From Elainellaceae cyanobacterium (GTDB lineage: Bacteria > Cyanobacteriota > Cyanobacteriia > CAZCXK01), in NCBI GenBank assembly GCA_051117555.1, contig JBNPEG010000157.1, positions 1 to 10,255 of the forward strand: a stretch of 10,255 nt of DNA, in the 5' to 3' direction. Shown here piece by piece: positions 1 through 7,648 of the stretch. Below the pieces are notes generated by a model. The model saw only the letters and a program-made list of their open reading frames with translations. It did no database searches and was not told where the DNA came from. The position numbers and the translations under genes were made by a program. Position 1 is the first letter of the stretch. Every line of letters begins with the position of its first letter.

Positions 1-123
1 CGCATGTGCAAGAAATTCAAGTCGGTTAAGTTGCTATTTGGACTGGTAACGCATTTGCAAACCTTCGCTTTTCCTAAAGCATTCATGTACGGTTATTGTT
101 CATGTCCTATTTGAGAACGGTAT

Positions 124-144
124 ACCTGACCCTTTGAATGGTCT
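124..144. repeat. 21-bp exact inverted copy of MITE-internal sequence 9947-9967
   Basis: ACCTGACCCTTTGAATGGTCT (124-144) is the exact reverse complement of AGACCATTCAAAGGGTCAGGT (9947-9967). Confidence 0.85.
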
Positions 145-183
145 TCCGCCAAACTCACAGAAGCTTTAAATAAATAATCCGGA

Positions 184-211
184 TTGACATTAAAAAAGCT
201 GTTTATAACTT
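184..211 (+). promoter_or_regulatory. Candidate sigma70-type promoter
   Basis: A perfect TTGACA (184-189), a 16-nt spacer and TAACTT (206-211, fits TAnnnT) in an AT-rich intergenic region. It is ~470 nt upstream of the first gene, and there are no TSS data. Confidence 0.35.
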
Positions 212-415
212 GGAAGGCGCTGATTTAAATTGGGAAATTTAGATCATTAAATCTGCTACTAGAATCATCAAATCAACTATCAAGATCGTATATTTTGAAT
301 TCCATATTTACCGCATATTCCTTAATGTTCAAGCATCGTCAAAGATTATAGGGAACTTTGGAAACTTTTTCTAGGTCTTCTCACTTGGCTCTTAAATTGA
401 TGATGAACTGAGTCG

Positions 416-441
416 TTAATTGTATTATTCCTAACAATTAA
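416..441. promoter_or_regulatory. Palindromic candidate operator TTAATTGT-N10-ACAATTAA (NtcA/CRP-like geometry)
   Basis: Perfect 8-bp arms at 416-423 and 434-441. The core TGTA-N8-AACA is one mismatch from the NtcA box TGTA-N8-TACA. Confidence 0.4.
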
Positions 442-549
442 TCGCCGAGATAAACTATTGAATTTGCTTGTAAGACTCTACCAATCCCTAGTTCTAACCA
501 CCCGATTTTGAGAACAGATTCCTGGTCAGGGGCATCTCATCCACGTCAG

Positions 550-575
550 TTTGTTGAACTGATTTGTTGAACTGA
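550..575. repeat. Tandem direct repeat, 2 x 13 bp (TTTGTTGAACTGA)
   Basis: 550-562 and 563-575 are identical. Confidence 0.85.
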
Positions 576-593
576 GCTGATCTATCGACTATT

Positions 594-631
594 CATCTGG
601 ATAGTCATTTGAATAGTCATTTGAATAGTCA
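594..631. repeat. Tandem direct repeat, ~3 x 12 bp (CATTTGAATAGT)
   Basis: CATCTGGATAGT (594-605, 2 mismatches), CATTTGAATAGT (606-617), CATTTGAATAGT (618-629), then CA. Confidence 0.85.
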
Positions 632-681
632 AACTAATCGTTCAGCGATCGCATGTCCCCTTAGTTGAAGGAATAGTGAGC

Positions 682-1941
682 ATGAAACTGCTGCTCTGTG
701 CATATGAGTGTGAGCCAAATCGAGGACGAGAGCAAGGACGAGGTTGGAATTGTGCTGTCGAGTTGGCGAAATACGGGCACGACGTTTGGGTGTTAACGCC
801 CCTGCGAAATCAAGCGGCGATCGCCCCTGTTCTATCGGCTCAGCCCGTTCCTCGACTAAATTTCGTCTATATCGAAGACTCGGAGTTAATCCGGCGTCAC
901 CTCAAAGGCAAAAAGGGAACGATTCTGCGCTATTTTCTGTGGCAACGACGCGCCTATCGCATAGCTCGTCAGCTTGATCAGGAGCACCAGTTTGACTTGG
1001 TTCACCATGTCACGATGGGTAGTCTGACCGGAGGTTCCTTACTATGGCGGCTCGGAAAACCGTTTGTATTTGGGCCATGCGGAGGGGGGCAGATCGCGCC
1101 GCCCGCGTTTAAGAGGTATTTTGCAGGCGAGTGGCAGGCAGAAGCATTGCGGACATTTGTGGTCAAACACCTGATTCCGCTGAATCCATTTCTCTTAAAT
1201 ACCTATCGCCATACCAAGCTGGTGTTAGCAGCCAACTATGACACGGTTCACTTTGCAAAACGGTTGGGCGCACAGCGAGCCGAGCTGTTCTTTGATGCCG
1301 GACTACCCCAAGATTATTTTCCAGACGAGCCCCCAGTGCGATCGCCCGCGCCCGAGTTACGGCTGCTATGGGTTGCGAGAATGTTTCCGAGAAAAGCGTT
1401 GAAGCTTGCCCTGGAAGCCATCTCTCAAGTGCATCCGTCTGTGCCAATCAAACTGACGATTGCCGGAGGTGGCGATCAAGAAAAATTGCTTCCCCAATGG
1501 CTCGACGCATACGGATTAGAAAAGCGGGTAGAATGCGTCGGCTTTTTGTCCTGGGAAGCCGTCAAAGACCAGTATTTAAAGAATGATGCCCTGCTGTTTA
1601 CCAGTCTGCGAGATACGGGCGGAGCGCAACTGCTCGAAGCAATGGCTCAAGGGTTGCCGATTGTTGCGCTGAATCACCATGGTGCAGGCGACCACATTCC
1701 GGATCAGGCTGGAATCAAGGTGCCTGTTACCCATCCCGATGAAACAGTCAATGCGCTCACCAAGGCGATTACGTATCTCTATCATCATCCCGATGAGCGG
1801 GTAGAAATGGGACGGGTTGGCTTTGAGTATGCCAAGACCCAAATGTGGCCTGAAAAAACTCGCCAAATTTCCCAGTTCTATTCTGAAATTTTGCACCAAG
1901 ACTCGTCTAAGTCAGCGAAAGAGATGGCGCTATCCACATAG
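682..1941 (+). CDS. Glycosyltransferase family 4 (GT-B fold) protein
   Basis: The N-terminus MKLLLCAYECEPNRGREQGRGWN matches the AYxCEPxxGSExGxGW-type start of a common GT4 subgroup. The C-terminal domain has LLWVARMFPRKA, LTIAGGG and FTSLRDTGGAQLLEAMAQGLPIV (D-x7-E variant of E-x7-E). I chose ATG 682 over GTG 676 because GAAGGA at 667-672 is 9 nt upstream of 682. Confidence 0.92.
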   Translation: MKLLLCAYECEPNRGREQGRGWNCAVELAKYGHDVWVLTPLRNQAAIAPVLSAQPVPRLNFVYIEDSELIRRHLKGKKGTILRYFLWQRRAYRIARQLDQEHQFDLVHHVTMGSLTGGSLLWRLGKPFVFGPCGGGQIAPPAFKRYFAGEWQAEALRTFVVKHLIPLNPFLLNTYRHTKLVLAANYDTVHFAKRLGAQRAELFFDAGLPQDYFPDEPPVRSPAPELRLLWVARMFPRKALKLALEAISQVHPSVPIKLTIAGGGDQEKLLPQWLDAYGLEKRVECVGFLSWEAVKDQYLKNDALLFTSLRDTGGAQLLEAMAQGLPIVALNHHGAGDHIPDQAGIKVPVTHPDETVNALTKAITYLYHHPDERVEMGRVGFEYAKTQMWPEKTRQISQFYSEILHQDSSKSAKEMALST

Positions 1942-2048
1942 GGTGTATTAGCAGAGCCACACCGGTCTATAAGAGTTTGATACTGACATAGATTGAGACA
2001 CCCTTGTAATACCATCACAACGCGCACCTGGCATCTTTGGAGACTATC

Positions 2049-3206
2049 ATGCTCGCAATTCATGGCGCATATTACGACAATAATTTCGGCGATTTGCTGC
2101 TGATTAAAATCTTTGAGAACTGGGCAAAATCAGCCGCCAATTTGCCTGTGGTTTATCCGCTCGTTCCCAAAAAAGAGCAGCCCCGCTATGACAAATTCTT
2201 TCCAGATTCTCACTATGGCATCGATCGCCCAAAAGATTGGCACGCTCTGATTTATTCAGGCGGCGGCCATTTTGGCGAACCCGATCAAAGCTCTCGCAAG
2301 GGCTATAAGGGATATCGAAGCTGGGGGTTGCGATTTTTTCTACGACATGTGCTTCCTGCCGAGTTGTGTATTCGCAATCAAGTTCCCTATGCGATCGCTG
2401 GGGTAGGGGTGGGTCCACTATCTAATCTGATGGTGCGTAGAGAGGTCAGACGCATTTTTGATCATGCCGACTTGATTTCGGTACGCGATGAAGAATCCCA
2501 TGAGTTTGTGCAAAAGCAGTTGGGCATTCAAGACGTGCATTTGGTTCCCGATGCGGCTCTGACCGTTTCTAAAGACGATCTTCCGGCGGCTGCCTTGGAT
2601 ACGGCAACGCAAGTTTTGGGAGACTATGGCGATCGCCCCCTGTTTGGTATTCATCATCCCCGCTATATTCTTGCCGAAACACCTCAGGCAGAAGCCCTGA
2701 GAGCGAGTTTGATTGTGGCTCTCGCAGCGGCATCAGATATGGTGCCCGTCGTGTTTGCTGATGATGGTAACAGCAAATATTCTGAACCCTGCGAACGGCT
2801 CGCTGAACTGATTCGCAACTCGACCGGAAAGCCCTGTCTCGCCATTCCCTTTAAGGGCGTTTGGGAAACGGTGGCGCTGATTTCCAAATTCTCTGCCGTG
2901 ATGACCACCAAGCTTCACGTCAGCATTTTGGCCTATGCCATGGGTATCTACTGTGAGTCGTTTGCGGTGCATCCGAAAGTGGCTCGATTTTATCGACAAA
3001 TCGGGCGATCGCATCAATGCACATTGCTCCGAGATATTGACAAGATTGTGGCGGCAAAAAAGATGGAGCGAGTGATTGCAGCCATTGATCATCCCGACGT
3101 TATTCAGGATGACCACTGGGCGGCCATTCGAGAACAGGCACGCCTCAATCAAATCTTGATGACCCGCTTTCTTGACGCAGCGCTCACTGTCCGCAATGTC
3201 GCGTAA
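2049..3206 (+). CDS. Polysaccharide pyruvyl transferase family protein (CsaB/WcaK-like, PS_pyruv_trans)
   Basis: The family motifs appear in order: GAYYDNNFGDLL, YSGGG, GVGVGPL, ISVRDEES, VPDAA, TTKLH (usually RLH). ATG 2049 is preceded by GGAG at 2039-2042; the ORF track start at 2037 is a TTG. Confidence 0.88.
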   Translation: MLAIHGAYYDNNFGDLLLIKIFENWAKSAANLPVVYPLVPKKEQPRYDKFFPDSHYGIDRPKDWHALIYSGGGHFGEPDQSSRKGYKGYRSWGLRFFLRHVLPAELCIRNQVPYAIAGVGVGPLSNLMVRREVRRIFDHADLISVRDEESHEFVQKQLGIQDVHLVPDAALTVSKDDLPAAALDTATQVLGDYGDRPLFGIHHPRYILAETPQAEALRASLIVALAAASDMVPVVFADDGNSKYSEPCERLAELIRNSTGKPCLAIPFKGVWETVALISKFSAVMTTKLHVSILAYAMGIYCESFAVHPKVARFYRQIGRSHQCTLLRDIDKIVAAKKMERVIAAIDHPDVIQDDHWAAIREQARLNQILMTRFLDAALTVRNVA

Positions 3207-3246
3207 ACCGCGAACTAGCTCACCCATTGCTTCTGTGGAGGATGGC

Positions 3247-4359
3247 ATGAAAATTTGGCATGTTGGAGCATCTGCATCGCCGCGCCGGGTTAGTGGATTA
3301 AATATCTCAGCTTGGGTGATGGCGCGAGAGCAAGCAGCCTTGGGGCATGAGGTGACGCTGATCGTCCACGCATCCCCTGATCAGGCAGGCTTGGCGGTTG
3401 CCCAGCAGGGGAAGTTTAAACTTCTCCATGTGCCGAGCAACGCCATACAATATAGCCCTGCTTTGATAGATACTCTGTTTCAAACACAGCCCCCCGATGT
3501 GGTTCACATGCATTCGGTGTTTCAACTGAAGCACGCCACGCTAGCCCGACGGCTCAAACAGCGAGGGATTCCGTATGTGATTAAGCCCGCCGGAGGATTG
3601 CTGCCTCAAGTCCTGCAACGGGGGCGGTTTCGCAAGACTTTGTATAGTTGGCTGATTGAAAAGCCCCGGTTTCGGGCGGCAGCGGCGATCGCCATTGTTA
3701 CACCGGGAGAAGAAAAAGATGTCAGGGCATTTGTCCCTAACTATGACGGCATCATGCGCTGGATGCCAAACCCAGTCGATGTAGACAGTCTAGACGGGCA
3801 GCACTGGGACGGGCTCACTGACCCAAAGCGGCTTGTGTTTCTTGGACGCTTCGACGTGTTACACAAAGGCATTGACATTCTAGTGGCGATCGCCCGACAC
3901 ATCCCTGATGTTGAATTTCATCTGTATGGCACTGAAGATTCTGGCACTCGTCAATGGTTTGAGCGCATCAAACAAGAATTGCCACCTAATGTGTACTTTC
4001 ATCGACCCGTGTTTGGTACAGAAAAATTCCGGGTTGTCTCTGAAGCTAGCCTTTATATTCAGACGGCTCGCTGGGAGGTGTTTGGTATTTCGATTGCAGA
4101 AGCCATGTACTTAGGAACCCCCTGTGCAGTAGCAAATACTATCCACTTTGCAGAGCTATTTCAGCAATATGACTTGGGGCTGGTGCTATCGAGTGATACC
4201 GAAGACGCCGCCATGCAGCTTCGAGATGCGCTGAATCAACCCGACCAAATGCAGCACTGGTCAAAGCAGTCGAAATCCTTTGCGCATACCTATTTTCATC
4301 CTCACTCCGTCGCCCTGAATTACATCAAGCTGTACGAAGAAGTGGTAGCCGCTCAATGA
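3247..4359 (+). CDS. Glycosyltransferase family 4 protein
   Basis: Motifs MKIWHVG...GHEVTL, PDVVHMHS, PNPVD, VFLGRFDVLHKGIDIL and a canonical E-x7-E (EVFGISIAE-AM, 4075-4101). ATG 3247 follows GGAGGA (3237-3242) and avoids overlap with the upstream gene. ATG 3196 is an alternative start. Confidence 0.92.
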   Translation: MKIWHVGASASPRRVSGLNISAWVMAREQAALGHEVTLIVHASPDQAGLAVAQQGKFKLLHVPSNAIQYSPALIDTLFQTQPPDVVHMHSVFQLKHATLARRLKQRGIPYVIKPAGGLLPQVLQRGRFRKTLYSWLIEKPRFRAAAAIAIVTPGEEKDVRAFVPNYDGIMRWMPNPVDVDSLDGQHWDGLTDPKRLVFLGRFDVLHKGIDILVAIARHIPDVEFHLYGTEDSGTRQWFERIKQELPPNVYFHRPVFGTEKFRVVSEASLYIQTARWEVFGISIAEAMYLGTPCAVANTIHFAELFQQYDLGLVLSSDTEDAAMQLRDALNQPDQMQHWSKQSKSFAHTYFHPHSVALNYIKLYEEVVAAQ

Positions 4360-5825
4360 GTCTTAAACAAAAAACTGCGAAAGGCGTGGCGTGGTCATTT
4401 ATCCAGCGATGGGGAAGCCACATCATCTCCTTTAGCACCTTCTTGCTGCTCGCCCGCCTCCTGAATCCCGAAGATTTTGGTTTGGTGGCGATGGCTGGGG
4501 TTTATATCGCATTCATGAAGGTGTTTTTAGACCAGGGGTTTGCCTCCGCAATCATCCAGCGGAAAACCCTCGACCCCGAGCATCTTGATACCGCATTCTG
4601 GGTCAGCGTGGTCAGCAGTCTTGCCCTAGCGGGAATTAGCATTGCGTCTGCCGGATTAATTGCCGATCTGTATCAAGAACCGCAACTGGTTTGGGTGATT
4701 CGGTTTCTATCAGTCAACTTTTTGTTTAAGGCGCTAAACAGCGTCCAAACCGCAATTCTCAGCCGCAGCTTTCGATTCAAATCCTTAGCAATTCGATCCA
4801 TGCTTGCCATGGTGCTGGGCGGTGTAGTGGGCATTGGGATGGCGTTTTCAGGATTTGGCGTATGGAGTTTAGTCGGTCAGCAATTTACAATCGGCTTAAC
4901 CGAGGTGATTGTGCTGTGGTCTGTCAGCGATTGGCGGCCAGGGTTTAAGGTGTCTGGACGGCATCTCCGAGAGTTGTTTGCCTACGGCATCAACGTCATG
5001 GGGCTCAACGGCCTGACATTTCTAAATCGATATTCAGACAACTTGCTCATCGGCTTCTTCTTAGGCCCGGTAGTTTTGGGCTACTACACGGTCGCCTACC
5101 GGATGTTGACAGTACTCACTGACTTACTGACCAAAACAACGGCACAGGTTGCTCTGCCTACGTTTTCGAGACTTCAGGAAGACCCGGAACGGGTGCGTCG
5201 AGCCTTTTATAAAGCCACGCAATTTAGCAGTTTGATCGGCTTTCCAGCATTCTTTGGGATTACGGTCTTAGCACCTATCATTGTGCCTGCGATGTTTGGT
5301 AGTCAATGGACACCGAGTATTCCAGTCATGCAGATTCTGTCGTTTATCGGCATGCTGCAATCGCTGGGGTATTTTAACGGAGCCGTGATGATGGCGATGG
5401 GGAAACCCTCCTGGAGTCTGAGAATCAAATCGGTGACGACGCTGATTACAATTTTGGGATTTATTTCCGTCACCCGGTTGAATTTGGGAATTAATGCGGT
5501 TGCGATATCCTTTGTCGTTTGTGGATATCTGATGTTTCCGGTTAGCCTTTGGGCGATTCACAAGTTAATTCATATCAAGCTTTGGGTCTATCTCCGCCAG
5601 TATACGGCTCCGTTAATCGGTTCGCTGGTGATGGGCATGGCGCTCGTGGGCAGCCAGGCATTGATCGGAAAGTGGTTTAATCTTCAAGCTGCTTTAGCGC
5701 TTCATATCGCTATTGGCACTGTGGTGTATGCTCTGACCATTTTTATCGTTGCACCGAACCTGTTTCGACAAATTTTGGAATTAGCGCAATTGGCAATGCC
5801 TACTAAATCGAAACGCAGAACTTAA
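4356..5825 (+). CDS. wzx: Wzx-type polysaccharide repeat-unit flippase (PST/MOP family, WzxC-like)
   Basis: 489 aa with many hydrophobic segments. Signature LARLLNPEDFGLVAM...DQGFASAIIQR, plus GFGVWSLV.QQ, WRP, DNLLIG...LGYYTVAY and FGSQW. The ATGA start overlaps the upstream stop codon (4356-4359). Confidence 0.93.
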   Translation: MSLKQKTAKGVAWSFIQRWGSHIISFSTFLLLARLLNPEDFGLVAMAGVYIAFMKVFLDQGFASAIIQRKTLDPEHLDTAFWVSVVSSLALAGISIASAGLIADLYQEPQLVWVIRFLSVNFLFKALNSVQTAILSRSFRFKSLAIRSMLAMVLGGVVGIGMAFSGFGVWSLVGQQFTIGLTEVIVLWSVSDWRPGFKVSGRHLRELFAYGINVMGLNGLTFLNRYSDNLLIGFFLGPVVLGYYTVAYRMLTVLTDLLTKTTAQVALPTFSRLQEDPERVRRAFYKATQFSSLIGFPAFFGITVLAPIIVPAMFGSQWTPSIPVMQILSFIGMLQSLGYFNGAVMMAMGKPSWSLRIKSVTTLITILGFISVTRLNLGINAVAISFVVCGYLMFPVSLWAIHKLIHIKLWVYLRQYTAPLIGSLVMGMALVGSQALIGKWFNLQAALALHIAIGTVVYALTIFIVAPNLFRQILELAQLAMPTKSKRRT

Positions 5826-5843
5826 TACGACACTACAACATGA

Positions 5844-6797
5844 ATGATGATGAAGCATACTGCAACAGTCGAGTCAAACGGATTCAACGTGTTGAGGTGG
5901 GCGCGTCAAACCGCGATCGCCGATCGCCGCACCTATAGCCGCAAGCCTCGCCCCCTTTCCATGCAGCGCACCCTGCGCCTGCTGCACCCCGATCTCCGCC
6001 GACCGATTTTTATTATTGGAGCACCCCGCTCAGGAACTACGTTTCTGGGTGCGTGTCTAGGCGAACTGCCGGAGGTGTCGTACCACTTTGAGCCGGTTGC
6101 CACTAAAGCCGCCTCTCAGTACGTTTATGCCAGAGATTGGAGTATGGGGCAATCGCGCTGGTTTTATCGAACCGTATATCGCTGGCTGACCCGAATCCAC
6201 CTAGATTCAGACCTGCGCTTTGCCGAAAAGACACCGCGCAATTGCTTCATCATTCCGTTCCTTGCAGCGACATTTCCCGATGCTCAGTTTGTTCACATTA
6301 TTCGCGACGGGCGAGATGCGGCATTGTCGTATAGCAAAAAGCCTTGGCTGCAGGCAGCCTCTGCCCAGTCAGGCAGGCGAGAACCTGGCGGCTATGCCTA
6401 TGGTCCCTATGCGCGGTTTTGGGTTGAGCGCGATCGCATCTCAGAATTCGAAGCCACTAGCGACATTCATCGGTGTATCTGGGCGTGGCGACGCTTTACT
6501 GAAACTGCCCTCAATGCAGCATCAAGCCTGCCGGCCCATCGATATCATGAACTGCGCTATGAACAACTGGTGACTCATCCCAACAATGAGTCCGAGCGGT
6601 TGCTCAATTTCTTGGGCGTTGCTAATTTAGACTCTCGAACCCGGCTGAAACGGGCGATCGCTGAAGCCAGACAAGACTCGGTGGGGCAGTGGTGGCGTGA
6701 CCTTTCATCTGAACAGCTCCACCAGATTGAGCAGGAAGCTGGCTCTCTTCTCCACAAGTTGGGCTATCACGCTGAGGAGATCCCTTGCCATGACTAA
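5844..6797 (+). CDS. PAPS-dependent sulfotransferase (Sulfotransfer_3-like)
   Basis: 5'-PSB loop PIFIIGAPRSGTTFL, EKTP, 3'-PB motif FVHIIRDGRDAALS and LRYEQLVTHP. The start is uncertain: ATGs at 5844/5847/5850 and an in-frame ATG at 5961. Confidence 0.9.
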   Translation: MMMKHTATVESNGFNVLRWARQTAIADRRTYSRKPRPLSMQRTLRLLHPDLRRPIFIIGAPRSGTTFLGACLGELPEVSYHFEPVATKAASQYVYARDWSMGQSRWFYRTVYRWLTRIHLDSDLRFAEKTPRNCFIIPFLAATFPDAQFVHIIRDGRDAALSYSKKPWLQAASAQSGRREPGGYAYGPYARFWVERDRISEFEATSDIHRCIWAWRRFTETALNAASSLPAHRYHELRYEQLVTHPNNESERLLNFLGVANLDSRTRLKRAIAEARQDSVGQWWRDLSSEQLHQIEQEAGSLLHKLGYHAEEIPCHD

Positions 6798-7647
6798 AAC
6801 TCGCGTCTTTATCTTGGGGTGTCCTCGATCGGGTACGACGCTCCTTCAAAGCTTGCTCACTGCCCATCCCAGTGTGGCATCGTTCCCAGAATCTCATTTC
6901 TTTCGCGCCCTCTTAAGGCGGCGCAGCGTCCTGCGTCAGACATTTGGATTAGCCTCTCGCAGTGCTCGTCCTCGGTTTGAAGAGTTTTTGCAGGAGCTAG
7001 GACATGAGGAACTGAACGGACTACTGCCTGACCATGCGACATTCGCATGGCAATATAGCCGCGCCTTCATTCGCCTACTGGATTTACTCGCGGCTGAACA
7101 ACACAAAGAGGTCTGGATTGAGAAAACGCCTGGGCATTTACATTATGCGGAGGCGATCGCCAGCCACGTCCCCAATGCACGATTTATTCACATTCTGCGG
7201 AACGGTGCAGACGTTGTTGCGTCCCTATATGAAGTGACTCACCGTCATCCTGACATTTGGGGAGGACAGCGCAGCATCGATGACTGCATCGAGCGTTGGT
7301 GTCAGGATGCTCAAATCAGTTTGCAGTATCACCATCATCCACGTCATCGTCTGGTGAATTATGAAGACCTGGTGGCTCGTCCAGAATTGGTGCTAACTAC
7401 CCTCTGTAACTTTATCGGGGTGCCATTCAATCCCATAATGCTGCAAAACTATAAAACGGCTGCGCAACAGGTGGTTCTCAAAGATGAGCAGTGGAAAGCA
7501 TCCGTCTCTCAATCGATTGAGACCAACCGAATTCGCAAATTTCATCACGTATTTGATGAACAGCAGCAGCACTATATCCTCCAACAACTGTCAGCCGTGA
7601 ATCTCAGCTCGCTGAGTCCAAACAGCCTGAACTACGAGAGAGTATGA
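6790..7647 (+). CDS. PAPS-dependent sulfotransferase (Sulfotransfer_3-like), second copy
   Basis: Motifs VFILGCPRSGTTLLQSLL.AHP, ESHFF, WIEKTPGH, FIHILRNGADVVAS and YEDLVARP. ATG 6790 follows GAGGAG (6774-6779) and overlaps the upstream gene end by 8 nt. The ORF track start at 6697 is likely over-extended. Confidence 0.92.
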   Translation: MTKTRVFILGCPRSGTTLLQSLLTAHPSVASFPESHFFRALLRRRSVLRQTFGLASRSARPRFEEFLQELGHEELNGLLPDHATFAWQYSRAFIRLLDLLAAEQHKEVWIEKTPGHLHYAEAIASHVPNARFIHILRNGADVVASLYEVTHRHPDIWGGQRSIDDCIERWCQDAQISLQYHHHPRHRLVNYEDLVARPELVLTTLCNFIGVPFNPIMLQNYKTAAQQVVLKDEQWKASVSQSIETNRIRKFHHVFDEQQQHYILQQLSAVNLSSLSPNSLNYERV

Positions 7648-7648
7648 C

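Noticed and set aside
1..115. Possible 3' end of an upstream gene or small ORF (frame 3 ...HVQEIQVG*, stop 27-29; frame 1 MCKKFK...CPI*)
   Set aside because: Too short to assign a frame or product without upstream sequence.
599..608. GGATAGTCAT shared between the upstream repeat block and 10053-10062
   Set aside because: A 10-bp match between the two flanks is expected roughly once by chance, so it is not significant alone.
550..631. Tandem repeats as a possible CRISPR array
   Set aside because: The units are 12-13 bp, directly adjacent with no unique spacers, and there are no cas genes in the window.
1940..2013. AGGGTGT/ACACCCT inverted repeat in the ~107-bp gap between genes 1 and 2
   Set aside because: The 7-bp arms are 51 nt apart with no U-tract, which is insufficient for a terminator or operator call.
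2049..3206. Naming the pyruvyl transferase csaB or wcaK, or the sulfotransferases as xss genes
   Set aside because: Only family-level motifs are visible, and orthology cannot be established without a search.
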